From assembly GCA_028023455.1 (NCBI GenBank), contig JAQFVV010000002.1, positions 6,572,001 through 6,636,000 on the forward strand: 64,000 nucleotides of DNA, written 5' to 3'. Position numbers and translations under genes: made by a program. Below the pieces are notes generated by a model. That model was not told the DNA's origin and made no database searches. It worked only from the letters and a program-made list of their open reading frames with translations. Below are positions 1 to 13,140 of this stretch, piece by piece. The stretch's first letter is position 1, and each line of letters begins with the position of its first letter. Source of the DNA: Epiperipatus broadwayi. Lineage: Eukaryota; Animalia; Onychophora.

Positions 1-560
1 ATAACAATAAAAAAATAAAGTTAATGTCTTTAGAATATGGCTCTAAACATATAAACCTTCTGGTTTTGATTGATATACAAAATCAAAATTATTACATTGA
101 TTACAATACTTCTTGATAGGTTTTCATACAATACATATATTAATATGTGCACAGATGTGTGTTTATAATATACAATGAATATGTATTTGAATTGCCATTT
201 AATAATAAAAAATGATTAAGACTTATATATATGTTATAGTTGATAAGCATTGATATGTTTATGCACACACACATGTGTGTGTGTGTAATTTCTGAACATA
301 TTTGACTTGTTACAAAATAAACATTCTTAGTTATCACTTTTAAATGATATAAAATACTGCAATGGGTTTTTATAAAACATATTTATATAATTTGCACAGA
401 CATGCAATATATTAATTTATTTACATAACATATTTGAATTTGTCAAAATAATAAGTGACATCTTTTTATAACATGTAATTACCATCATTTTGACAAAATA
501 ATAAATGATTAAAATACATTTTTCTTAATTAATTTCATTTGGAAAATATACATAAATTTC
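1..560. repeat. AT-rich interspersed repeat, inverted copy at ~27990-28545
   Basis: Reverse complement of 1-450 aligns by eye with 27990-28545 (e.g. ttattctaaagac, aagtcaaatacattcagaaattac, cacacatctgtgca); right boundary approximate. Confidence 0.7.
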
Positions 561-1299
561 ATTTGTTATTTTATATTAAGTTCTACTCTTTAATGATTAG
601 TTTTCTTTTTTTTTTCTTTTAAAAAAGTATTGTCAACTTTTTTTCCTTTTAAAAAACTTAGTCAATGAATTAAATCTTTACTCCTTAGATTTTTGATCCA
701 TGCAAAATTATTTGTGTTTGTTTCATTTTAAAAATGTCTCTCTCTTTTTGTTTGTAATAAATAAAAAATAAAATTTTATATATCTCTAATTTTTAAAATG
801 TCATTTCAGACCAAAGAATATTAAAATAACTCACTTCATATTTATATGACACAATGCATTTATCTGTAGTTCTTTGCATATAGATAAAGCAACATACATG
901 TACCAATTCTTCGGCAAGCTGATGGGTGTCATCATTGGGACAGGCATAGTTCAGACAATTGTCAGCATTGGGAAAGACATAATTAGGTATGTTGGCATTT
1001 AATAAGTTCCCTTCTGTTTAGGATTTGATATATTTCAGGCCAGAAAACTGTCTTTGTCCATGTTTGTGCAGGCTAATGATTGAATTGAAGTGATTATAGC
1101 TTCAGGTGAATCAAAACTCTTCCATAGAACTATAGAGCAGCTGCTTCATTGCCCTCCTATATCTGATTCATGGTAGTTTTCTGTATAGCTCTACCAGTCA
1201 TCTCTGCTAGGCATTTCTTTTTGGCCAACTATTTACTGCCAACTACAGTAAACACTATAAGATTAACATTGACATCAGTAGAACTTTTAAATCTTTATC

Positions 1300-2050
1300 T
1301 ATGAGGATTCTCCTGATTTCTCCAAGTTTTTTTTAAAGATGAGATTAATGAGTGTTTCCAAATATCAATAACATATCCATTTTAATTAAATTCATAGAAC
1401 AAAAATTAAAAATTGACATTCTTAAATAGTCTTGTATCAAGATTCCCATATGACAAAAACAAAAATAGTTTATAGAAACCCCCCTCCATATAGGAAAAAA
1501 CATGGAGTTATAATATCAATATAAAACAGAGTAAAAGAACTTTGTTCACAACTAATAATTTGGAAAAATAAAGGACCTACATAGAACAAACTTTTATAAA
1601 AGGTGGTTGTCCATCAGCATCAATAAAAAACATTTAATAGGTGGCAAAAAGAAACATTAAAAAACAATTATAGGTTCACAATGTATCCATAAATACCAGG
1701 AATAGTAGGCAAACTAAAGAAAATCTGCATTCAGTATAAGCCTAACCTCTACAAAATCTAAATTTGAAATGCTTAATGACAAAAACTGCATCTATGAAAT
1801 ACCACATGAGTATGAAAGGATGTATATTGATAAAATCAATTGCCATAGTAAAAATGAATTAAAAATCATAAGATGATGATGACAAAAAAGATAGATTATG
1901 TAAAATAGAAGACTATGGACACACCAAAAGACAAAAATATTGGACAGAGAAAAACCTTACAAAGAAAATTTTGAAAGGCTATTAACATGATAATGGAAAA
2001 AAACCTATAAGTCAACCTAGTATGATAATATATATCATTTTGGAATAACT
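1300..2050 (+). mobile_element. Penelope-like element relic (RT C-terminus + GIY-YIG endonuclease), heavily decayed
   Basis: Frameshifted translations KLTFLNSLVSR / TKIVYRNPP resemble the PLE FLDxxV..VYRKPT block; KNCIYEIPHEYERMYIDK (~1785-1840) resembles GIY-YIG; ISQPS (~2005) resembles the PLE C-terminus. Confidence 0.6.
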
Positions 2051-2119
2051 CATTAACCTTGTTCTTGAGAAAAAAGTGAAAAAATCAGAAAGACTCTCAT
2101 AGATATGTATATGAAATTT

Positions 2120-2190
2120 CTACTGACTGTTACTTTGATCACTTAAATTCAATTCCATGCTAATACTGTCATTGGTCAGATCAGTAACAC
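2120..2190 (-). CDS. Candidate terminal coding exon (GVTDLTNDSISMELNLSDQSNSQ*), product unknown
   Basis: Strong minus-strand acceptor ttatcctctctttttcag followed by an open frame to TAG; no linked upstream exon established. Confidence 0.15.
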
Positions 2191-2879
2191 CTGAAAAAGA
2201 GAGGATAATAATATTGCTTAAAACATTTGCTGAATACTAACCTGTGTGCTATTACTCACCTAAAAATCAATTTGAAAAGTTTAAATGTAATTTGAATTTT
2301 TCTAAAAACATTTAACAATTAATATTAAATAATGGAAATAATACAAAATATAATTACAAATGGAATAATCTTTTTCTAATTGAACTATGTGAAGTTCGTG
2401 TTTTTTCCAATTAGTGTAATGCATTGATATTTTCTATATAACTTAACTTATTCGACAGGGATATATTTAAATAAATGCTAAAAAAAGTAATTTTTATTTT
2501 ATTGTTGTAGTTAACTTTAAATCATTTCATTTGATGTTTTAAAAATATCTGGTTAAGTAAAATTTTTCATTGGTTTATGATTATTTTAATATATATATAT
2601 TATCTTTATATATTTATTACAAGCTAGAAATAAACAAATTATCTCTTTCTAGTTGTTGATAAGCAATTATAATTAAGTGATTTAATATTAGAATTGTATT
2701 GTGCTATTAAAATGTAGCTGGCTATAAATCTTTGCTTATTTCTCCAGTTAGCATTAGGCAATGATATTTTCTAAATGCACTGAAACCACAATATGTGCTG
2801 TAGCTTTATATGCTATTTCTATTATATGCTAGATAAAAAAAGTGTAAATAGAGGGAGCCAAGGACTCCAGATTACTCTG

Positions 2880-3950
2880 TTACTGGCTCCCCATTTTAAT
2901 TTCTTTCCCCCTAGTTTAGGGAACTGGATTTCTTCACAAGTATACCTAATTAAAGGAGTAGTTTCTTAGCTCTCTAATCATCATCTGATCACAAGTAAGA
3001 ATAATCACTTTTTTTTCTTAAAAATGCTATAAAAATTAAATGGCAGCAATAGAAATTGTTAGAGATTATTATAGAGATATCAGTTTAAAAGAAAACTTAG
3101 TTCCTCTCATCTTTGATGACTGAATAAAGATGTCTGAATGTTGGGGAGGAATCCCTGAAAGCCTAAATCCTATTTTTTTTTTTTTTTTTTGCAGTTGGAG
3201 TTGGGCTGAGAAGGCTACGAAGATCGTTGCTAATGCTTATATCTCACACATAAAAAGAAATAATGTTTTTCATTGTCATTTAAATGCTTAAGTTATAAAT
3301 CAAAGATTTTCAAGGAAAATGCAGTTGAAACTAAAGTGATTTCCTAAATGAAGCTTATTTCACATCAGTGAAAGACAGATAAGCTGGGGAAGGGAGGCGA
3401 TATGAGGCTAGTTGCTAATTCTGACTCTCTCAATTAAAAATGAAATAATAACATTGTTCTTTGTGGATTAAGTGCTTATGTTAGTAATCAGAGATTTTCA
3501 TGAGACTTTATTAATCATCTTTAATGGTAACTTTGAAACATTTAAAACACTTGTTCATCTCATGGATTAAAGTTACAGGTTAGTATGGAGAAATTAAAAT
3601 CTGACACTTTGGTTTTTTATAACACCTTATATAAATCAACAACTGATCTGTGAAACTATGAATCAATGGATATATAGCTTATAATAAAAATATGTAATAA
3701 CTAAAAGAAATACTAAATCTCGTTTAAAAAGGAAATAGATCTGAGCAGTGGCATGTGTCTAAAACATAATACAAGCATGAAATTACTGGAATATATACTT
3801 AAGACTTTGATTTGAGAAGCAAGGAGAAGAACAATATACCAGCCATTGAAAATCTAAGAACATCTACAGACAAATTATTGGTTGTATACACTTAGTAAAA
3901 CCATTGGTTAAACTTTGAAAAACAGCAAAATAACATGATCAGCCTGGATA
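2880..3950 (+). mobile_element. Second decayed Penelope-like relic (RT C-terminus/GIY-YIG)
   Basis: Broken frames give IKGVVS, ENLVPLIF and WIYSL..YVITKRNTKSRLK..AVA, resembling GIY..YIG.T.R..K.R..EH..SAVA. Confidence 0.35.
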
Positions 3951-4746
3951 ATCAAACTAAAACTATGTGTCACAATTATCAATGTAATAATATTATAGTA
4001 ATAAATTATTTTGGAAAAAAAAGTGTAAATAAACAAAAAATAAAAACATTAAAATTCATGAATTTAATAAATTTTACAATATGGTAACAGGCTTTTTTTT
4101 TGGGAATGCCACATACAATCACAATTATTAATATATATGTTTTTTCCGGGTTATTTTAAAAGCACTTACTTTTATTATTACTTATGATATAATATTTCAC
4201 ATAATAAAATGTTTCTGAACATAAAGCAGAATTTTAATAAATTTAAAAGAAAATTTGTAAATTATCTTTCTTAAATGACAAAATAAATGTTATCAATTTA
4301 ATAGTGACAAATAAACACAGCTATTAATAAGACTGCTACTATATTTCTAGAAGGAGAAAAAGTTATTAAAAAAGGTAATATTGTCCAAAGTGTGTTTGAT
4401 TATAATGAATGTCCCACTTTATTATCATTTTATTTTAATATGTAAAAATAAGGCATAGTATGATTTTTATTATTATTTATTTTTTTAAATTAATGTGAAT
4501 AACTGAATACACACACAATAAATATGCAAATATGCTTTCTCAATTTATTATTAATAACTACATTATTATTTTCCAAAATTGTGTTTATATTATAATTGTA
4601 ATTTACATATGTGCACTATACACATAAAGTGTTTGTAATACTTAAATAAGGCTAAAACCTTAGTACATTTGCCTTGAGTGCTTAATTTATTACAAGAGAG
4701 ACCTCTACAAATCTAAATGCAAGATTCGACTTTATATGTATAATGC

Positions 4747-4781
<35 letters not shown>

Positions 4782-4782
4782 A
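4747..4782. repeat. Compound (TA)n(TG)n microsatellite
   Basis: Directly visible. Confidence 0.9.
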
Positions 4783-6099
4783 TGACTGTGTTAAAAAAGT
4801 AATTTATACTTGCAGTTCTGTAAGCAAAACTTATCACCAAAATAAAGCTTATCAACAAAGCTTGTAAATTAAAAGTTATCAATAAAATATGAGATATTGT
4901 ATATGATGTATGATGTGTAAAGGGGGGAATATAGTGGGTATTGTGGTTTCACTATATGTTGAATTATTGGGCATTTTCTGAAAAGAATAATTATTTATTT
5001 CACTTTTATAGTTCACATTTAGATCATGTTAATTGGAATTTTAACAATACCTTGGTTAATTTACTTTTTGAACTTTTTATGACTGCTTAAATATATTTTA
5101 TCTTCACATATTTGTGTCAAGATAAAAAGAAATATAAATATATTTTTCTAAATATTTTTATGAAATTGTCTGATTTATTGAACTTTATTCAAATTTAAAT
5201 CTCTCTAAATAAGTTTAAAAAGTTCATTTCACTACACTTTTAGAGAATAATTTTATAATTCTAAATAAATATATTAATAAATCTTATATAGTAGTTTTAC
5301 TAAACTTAATCCTAATAGTGAATATAATCTGTTCTAATAGTTTTACCATTATTTCAAGTTTAATATAAACCTATGACAGAATTTATTTGTAATCAATTTT
5401 TTTCTTATTCTTTCATTACAAATTTTATTGGATAACCAAAAGATGCAATTTCTTAACTTACCAGCTACATTGGTCATCCAATACTACTTTAATAAACACA
5501 ATGTAAAGTCACCTAAGATACCAAATTAAACATAGAATTAAAAACTTTATATTATTAAAAAGCCAATCAATTAATTTATGGACATGTTACCCATTCTTTG
5601 ACATACTAATGATATATATAATTAGTTTCCAACCAGTAACCACCTAAACATTCACAGTAAATATAGCAACCAATATTTCTAACTGCTGTCAAGGCAACCT
5701 TCACACCTTTTAATAGCAAGAATGATATATATATATATTGTGCCCTTTTGTATGGGTCTCCATAAATTGTTGTATCAATCTATTTAAAAAATTTTAAATT
5801 TAAGATATATTTAGCTATATGATGTTAGTTTTATTTATGACAATCTTTTAAAAAGTGTAATTAAAGTAATTCATGAGTATTTGATATGTGAAAATTGTGC
5901 TGATGTTTGAGAGAGACGTTTCAATGGGAATGATAATAGTATATGGTTGGGAAAACTGGCCATGATCAATACTGCATTAATAAATTTAATAAATAAATGT
6001 TTAAAGTTAAAGTTTTAAAAAGACAAGTTAAAATTAAATGCATATATTTATTGTTGATAAAGATTAATATTTAATAAGTGAATATAAATATTTTAATTA

Positions 6100-9000
6100 T
6101 TAGTAGTACATGATAGAAGATTAATATTTGATTTTAATAATATCGAATTATTATTTTAAAAATTGCTATAAGATATTATTTATTTTAAAAATATTTATTT
6201 TTAAAAAATGAATTGTTAGTTTATTTTTAGATTATTACAAGCGTTTGTAGCTTTGTTGTAAAAAAACAGATGTTAATTAAACACATACACACATGCTTGG
6301 GAATTTTTTTTAGTAAAGTTGCAAAACTATTTTAAAATTCTGTTATAAAAATTTATAAGTATTATATTGGCTATCATGAGATAAAAATAAAGATAATTAA
6401 TGTGAAATATTAAATCTGATTTTAAAATACTGCTTTAAAAAAAAAACATAACGAATAAAAATAGACTTAATTTATTTATAAAAATAATCTTATAAAAGTT
6501 AAAAGTGAAATAAAGTAAGAAAGTATATTTTAAAAAATGTTTAATGGATTTAAATAAACGATAAAGATTAATTTAAGAATTTAATAATGTGATAAATAAT
6601 AAATATTAAATAAGTCATTATTTATTTTAATTCTGTCTTGTTGGTAAAATATGTAAATAAGCTAGCAAGTTGATTGTTTAATTCACCAATCAAGTGGGGA
6701 GTTTCTTCCGGTATAAAACCAAGGTTCAATTGTTCGGAGGGGGATTGTGATTGAAATTCTTAAAGTAAAAGTGTGCTATTAGAAATAGCTAAGTAATTAT
6801 AGACGCTCTCAAAATCGTTTTAAAATTATAAGAGAGTAATTTTTTAAAATAATTTATAAAAGTTTATCGATAAATATGCAGTGCTAATTTTAACTATAAT
6901 TTCCTATTGATCGTTTCTATTGAAGCTCAATTTACTATCAAATAGTCATGAAAACATCGAATAAGGATAAAATGTATTGGAGATTTTCTACTAAAAATTT
7001 AACAAACGCTGGATTAACTAGGAGAGTTACTAAATGCCTAAAAGTAATATATTGGACCTTATATAAATTTAAAAGCTGATGGTAATTAATTTTTATAAAA
7101 CAGATATTTAAAAGAATGAGAAATACTTCTTTATGAAGAAAGTATTTGTAAATTATAAATCTAAGTATATAACTTAGTAAAGATGGTAAATAATAATGAT
7201 TATATAAATATTTGCCTTGTTAAGTCTTTATGGTTTAAAAGACTAAATTCTGACAATCTTAAAAGGCAAATAAATTGATAAATTTAATGGGTAAAGAAAT
7301 ACCTATAAAAAAATTATGATATTAGTAAAGTCTGAACGCTGGTCGTACAGAAGAATCTAAAGGTAATCTTACCTAAATATTTGTTAAGGAATGCGCAAAT
7401 CAAATCTAGTGGATATCAAATTAATTTAAAATAATTAAATAAGAACTTTGTAAATATAGACTAATTCTAAAAAATAATAACTTTTAAATAATAATTTTTT
7501 TTCTTAAAAGAAATGAATCCGGATTCCATAAACTATTTTAATTATTATTTTATTTTTATGGTGGAACTAACTTTGACTTTTATTTTATTTTTTTTTTAAA
7601 AAAGAACGTTTTCATTTATTCTATAAAAACTTTTAAAAAAGTGATGTAGGAAAAGAAGTAATGTTTGGTGAAAATTTGTGCCTAGGAAAAAGAACAATTA
7701 TATGAAAAAAGACACGTTGGATTTTATGTAATATGTTTTTATTTATTAACTAAATAAATATTTAATTAATTATTGATTTATTAAAGATAGGAAAGGTACA
7801 TTTACATTTTTGAAAATAATAACTAAATATTAATATAACTTTTCATTGCATAAAGTTTATTTTATAATTATACAACACGTAATATTTTAAAGAATAATTG
7901 TTGAGTGTAAATGTGAAATTATTTTGTAAAACTGTAATCCTGGAGGACATCATGTGACGGACTGTACATTAAAGTATCATTTATGGTAAAAAATTATGTG
8001 ATAATAATAATTTGATGTATTTACTATGTTTTCTTTAGATCAACCAAATGTTATTTGATGGTTGAATGAATGTATTAATATTTAAATAATATACACGCAT
8101 AAGATTAATAATAGCAGTTTTATTTTAATATGCATACTTTAAATTGATGATGTAAATTTAGTACAACATAATATGAGAACCTAGAAATAATTATATGATT
8201 CTTTCGTGAATAAATTTTAATGTTTCTGTTACAATATTAGGAATTAGATTTATTATATTATTTTAAGTTATTTATTTTCTTTTTGAGTTAGTAAGAGGTA
8301 TAAAAATCTATATTATTTTTATTTTTATTAGATAAGTAAGTTAATTTTATGTAGAAATTTATATTTCGATTGAAGGTTTATCGGATATAGATGATGAGGT
8401 ATAAGAGTTTGGATAGTTATTATTTTTTTTAAAAATTGGTTATCTATTTTTCTGAAGTTAAATAAGGTTAAGATGACTTTTGTAGATAGAAGTTTTTAGG
8501 AAGGAATAAGAATAACAAGTAAAGAAGAGTAATAGTTTAAATATTAAAAGAATCATAGAATTTTATTTAACATTATACTTTATAAAATTTGAAATTGTTG
8601 AATAATTTTAAATATTATTTTAAAAGAACATATACGTATTGCATATTTTGATAAGACATGTAGTATGAAATCACATCGGAATGACATAAATAATTATAAT
8701 CAATAATTGTTATTATATTATAAAGTTATATCAGTTTATACATTAATTGATCTTTGAGTAATATTAATAGTAAATGTAATACATACTAGTACATTATAAT
8801 ATAAATAGCAGTAAGACTTAAGTGAAATAGCATTTTAATTATTAAAGTCTGTTTATTTACATATATGCTACATGAATGATATTTCAATAAAACCTTTTCT
8901 TTATTAATTGATAAAATGATGTTTATTAAAATTAAAGTATAAACTTAATTAAATGTTATTGATAGAAATTTAAAAATTATAAATTATCTATTTATGATTA

Positions 9001-10050
9001 TGGAAATAGTAAAGTGTAAAAATCTTGTATTATTATTTTCTTATTTTTGTTTTATTTTCTTTAGTTCCATTTGTAATGTAAATAGTGTAAATAAGTTATT
9101 TGTTAAAGTTGATGTAAATAAATTTGTTAAGTTTTTGTTTAAAAGTGTGTCGAATTCATTATTTTACCCACATTTGACAAAAATAATTTGAATGTACATA
9201 ATATTTGACAATATGAATTTATTATTTTATTATTTGAGAAAGAAAAAATATTTTATTAATATAATTTATAGAAATTGATTGACATTAAATATAATATTAC
9301 AATGGTCACAAAGTAATTATAATCACAATATAAGAGTATAATATTATTTATTGCAGATTTTAAATTATAAGATTTTGGTCTATTTTAAAATTAAGATACT
9401 ATATGGAAATGAAAGACATGTATATGATTTGCTTATTTTCTTAATGATTAAAGTATAATAAATAGATAAGATTAAGATATACACTAAAGATTATTATTGT
9501 TAGTTATTGTTATTAGAATAAGTTAGGTGTATTTAGGTTTGATATTAAATCCCTTATCATTCCTATCTACATGAATTATTATTACTTTAAGATAATTAGA
9601 AGAACCTGAGATCGTTTAATTATATTTCCTTAACAAAAGATTGAGATTTATTTATCTATTATTATTAAAGATAATTCATTTATAAAAGTCATAAGAGTGC
9701 TGTAGAGTTAGTAATGAGATAGTAAAGAAGTAATAGTATTCTTATGCCATTGAGACAGTGTCTTGGAAAGACATTGGCTCAATGTAAATTCAATTACCAA
9801 TTGTAACTTCACTTCACAGTCTCATGATTTTAGTAAATACTTATTTAATTGGTATATGATATTGAACTATATTAATTTTGATAAGTTTGTAATAAATCTG
9901 ATAAGATATAGTTTTATAAAATATATTAAAGATAGTTATACATATTTTAGCCGAGCATAATGATTCAATTGAGCTAGTCATGTTATAAATTATATTACAT
10001 ATATCGAGAAGTGAGGGTACAATATATATATATACATGAAAATATTTCAG
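6100..10050. other. Compositionally distinct domain: CpG retained, G>C skew on + strand
   Basis: Roughly 30 CpGs counted by eye in 4 kb versus very few in most flanking DNA; G-rich, C-poor + strand. Confidence 0.55.
6684..6718 (+). promoter_or_regulatory. Candidate core promoter: CCAAT box, ETS-like CTTCCGG, TATAAAA
   Basis: ccaat 6686-6690, cttccgg 6705-6711, tataaaa 6712-6718 inside the CpG-retaining domain. Confidence 0.3.
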
Positions 10051-10081
10051 TGCATCTTGCTAACTGAAAATTCAAATACAA

Positions 10082-10243
10082 AATGTTCAAATGTTTTGTT
10101 TTTTCAGCAATGCCTTCTGTGAATAAAGTCTGAACTTCAAAGGATATCCTTTTGAGTAATGCTGTTTAAAATTCTGACTTTATATTTATTCACAGAGAGT
10201 ATTGCTGAAAAAACATAATGCTTGAAAGGGTGATTTGAACATT
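10082..10243. repeat. Imperfect foldback element
   Basis: aatgttcaaat..ttttttcagcaat..ctgtgaataaa mirrored by tttattcacag..attgctgaaaaaa..atttgaacatt. Confidence 0.65.
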
Positions 10244-10599
10244 ATATATATAATTCCCAACAATTATCTTAAATATATACAAAATAAAGAAAAGGCATAC
10301 TGTTGATGAAATATCACATTTTCGTGAATTTAATTTTTATCACTGGAATCACTTATAATAATGATTCTTTTTGCTTCAAATGTTCCAGATTTAGTTGCAT
10401 TGGGCCTTAGTTTAACGATATCTCTGCAATAAAAGCCATTAACAGAATCTGAGCAAATATTATTTCTCATAACATCATATTGATACACTTAATGATAGTA
10501 TTTTATGCTAAAACAATATACAAGAGAACTTCAAAAAGTTTTCTTTCTGCTTATCAACAATTATTTTTATACTTTTAAAGTAGGTATGCAATTTATATT

Positions 10600-11300
10600 T
10601 TCCATTTTATTTCAGACTAATGCTTATCTTAAAAATACACTTTTTCTCACCTGCAGGAAATACTGCAAGAATTATCAGAAAGTAGGATTAAAAATAAATG
10701 CCAAAGAGTTTAATGAATTTTCTCACAAAAATAAACAAAGATTAATAATCATGAATTAAAATAAGTTAACATCTATAAATACCTTGATCATATTATTAAT
10801 ACAGATGGAAATGTGATGAATAAAATTAATCACAGAACTAAACTTGGATGGAGTATTTTTGGTAGAAATAATATTAAAATTGTAATATATCTATATGTTG
10901 TAAAAAGAAAATTTTTTAATAGATATGTTTGACCAGTTTTTACATATGGATCTGAGACATGGATAGTTAACAAAAGAACAATACCGATATTCCAGATCAC
11001 ACAATGGAGTATGGAAATACGTATCAGAAATAATAAAAGGGATTGCAAATGAAATATATATTTGAGAAAGCAAACAGATGACAATGATATCACTGAAAAC
11101 TTAAAATATTAAAATGGAAATAGGCTGCACATATTTCTAAAAATAATAATAATAAATGAACAACTGAACTCATAAACTGAACCCCCAAAAATTATAAAAG
11201 ACCTAAAAAATTATCACATGTAAAATGGATAGATGAAATAAAAGTTTGTAATTGTGTGTGGAGAAGAGAAGCTATGGATAATAGAAAATTGAATTAAACA
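10600..11300 (+). mobile_element. Decayed RTE-clade LINE 3' fragment
   Basis: Aligns by eye with 20450-21120 (ctgcaggaaatactgcaagaattatcag, attaatcacagaactaaacttgg, tatggatctgagacatgg, tggatagatgaaataa). Confidence 0.75.
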
Positions 11301-12533
11301 TGGATTTTCATACTTAATACAATATTAATGTTTGAAAATGATATATATATATTAGATCAGTGATTTATACTGCCCAGACAAATGCCTAAACCTTTTCAAA
11401 TAAAGAAAAGCAAAGTCTTAAATTTTTTTTTAAAAAATAGCTACTGAAAAAATATTAATTTTTACTGAATATAAAATTCTTTGATAAGGATGTTATTTGT
11501 TACTATATAATTAAATTAAAGACTTGATAAAATATTCTATTTCTTCCTGTCATGAATTTTTTTTTAAATCTGGAAATAAATAGAATTTCATTTTTTCTAT
11601 TTTGCCTCCTCCTTCGCTCTCTTTTTAACTTTGTTTTAGTATTACTTTTTTCATGTTTGTCAAATATGTTTTACTGAAGTTTAAATTCTAATATATAAAA
11701 GTAATAAAATCATGATATAAAGAAAAAAAAAATGATTTGCTGAATAATAAAAAATATTTTTATTACACACCACCAGGGATCATGTAAAAGGGTTTGCTTT
11801 TCATAAAATTTTCATTATAATATAGTCTAAAAACAGGGTTAAAATGATATTTTGCTATTGACAAGACAATGATTCCTTGCCAACAACATTATCTTATAGA
11901 ACTCCTGCTCAATTAAATATTAGTAATAAGATTCTAAGATAAATAATTAAAATATATAGCAGTATAACAATAAAAAGTATGTAGAACCTTTTTATAAAGA
12001 TTGTTATAAGAGAAGACTTGAGAGTCTGATAGATTATAAGACAAAAGATATTATCAATAGATAAAAAAGATTACAACTATCTAAGACATTAAGATTTGTA
12101 AAATATATTCCCAATTGTGAGCCTGGAAGAAAATTATTTAAATATTATACATAAATTAATTTCTAAAATAATGAACGTATTTTACTACAGTTATAAATTT
12201 ATGACAACAAATTTTAATAGATTTGTATAGTAAACTATATTATTTTCTTTCCCAAAATTTAACAAACTTTTAGCTTTTATTGTTATTCTTTTTAATATAT
12301 TTCAATTATGTTTTCTTAGTGTGTGTATATTGAAGTTGTCTCTGTGTGGTGTTTAAGATTATCTAATAGAAATAAAAAGAATAAAGAAAATTGTTCTCAA
12401 TTTATTCAACTATATTCAAGTGTTTTATTAAATTAGCAAGCTTAAACATTAGCAATATGCAAATGGACATGGTAAAATACTGGGTAAAATTTGTATGTGC
12501 GAATGTGGATATATTTTATAAACATTTATTTAA

Positions 12534-12709
12534 ATAATAAATAAATAAATATAATACTTCTGTTAATAGAACTTATAAATCACAATATAACAATTCAGCA
12601 ATTGCTAAAACAGAGAATCTTTAATAAAGAAAACCATTATTGTCAAGGCTTTCAACTCCTAGGAGTCCTGCAGGAGTTGAAAGCACTTGGCAATAATGGT
12701 TTTATTTAT
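12534..12709. mobile_element. Foldback insertion with one-sided tail and 15-bp TSD; carries a hammerhead-like 3' half
   Basis: TSD taaacatttatttaa 12519-12533 and 12710-12724; hairpin ~12622-12710; GAAAGCACTT at 12679-12688. Confidence 0.55.
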
Positions 12710-13030
12710 TAAACATTTATTTAATAAATAAAATCAAATTTATTTTTACTGTTGTTATAATAAATAAATTTAATTTTTATTTAAATAATTTTAATTACAA
12801 AACTTTTTCTTTTATATATATATTTTAAAAAGTTAAATAAAATTACTTTTTAAGTGTTTTTTTCTTTTACTAAAGAGAAAAGAAATTGAATTAGTCATAT
12901 TATATCACAGGTTTTATTTTAATTAAATAGCATTTGACATTTTTAAAGTAAAGATTTAGAAAACTAAAGTTAACATTTTTTTTTTAGAAAAAAAACTTGT
13001 GGTTTGTACAGTTCAGTAACAAAAATTTTT

Positions 13031-13140
13031 GTCAAGCATTGGTGGTTGAGTGGTCAGCACAGCTGCCTTACAAGCAGTTGTCCCAGGTTAGCGGGTTTGC
13101 TTCCTGGCCGATGCTATGACACATGAAATATATATATATT
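13031..13140 (+). mobile_element. tRNA-Gly(TCC)-derived mini-SINE copy (anticodon position reads TAC)
   Basis: gcattgg..ccgatgc acceptor stem; resembles eukaryotic tRNA-Gly GCGTTGGTGG..AGCTGCCTTCCAAGCAGTTG..GGTTCGATTCCCGGCCAACGC; shared 3' tatgacac and (TA)n tail. Confidence 0.7.

Noticed and set aside
5463-5513. Minus-strand coding exons here and at 16488-16532
   Set aside because: Good splice signals, but stops in all three frames; could only be non-coding or chance
9320-9385. Protein-kinase KLxDFGL motif
   Set aside because: In-frame stop inside the motif, and no HRD or APE motif at the proper spacing
6100-10050. Mitochondrial insertion (NUMT)
   Set aside because: The skew is suggestive, but I found no recognisable mitochondrial rRNA, tRNA or protein motif
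13036-13114. Functional tRNA genes (also 14127 and 61556)
   Set aside because: Insertions before the T-arm, mutated anticodons, shared 3' extension and TSDs indicate SINE copies
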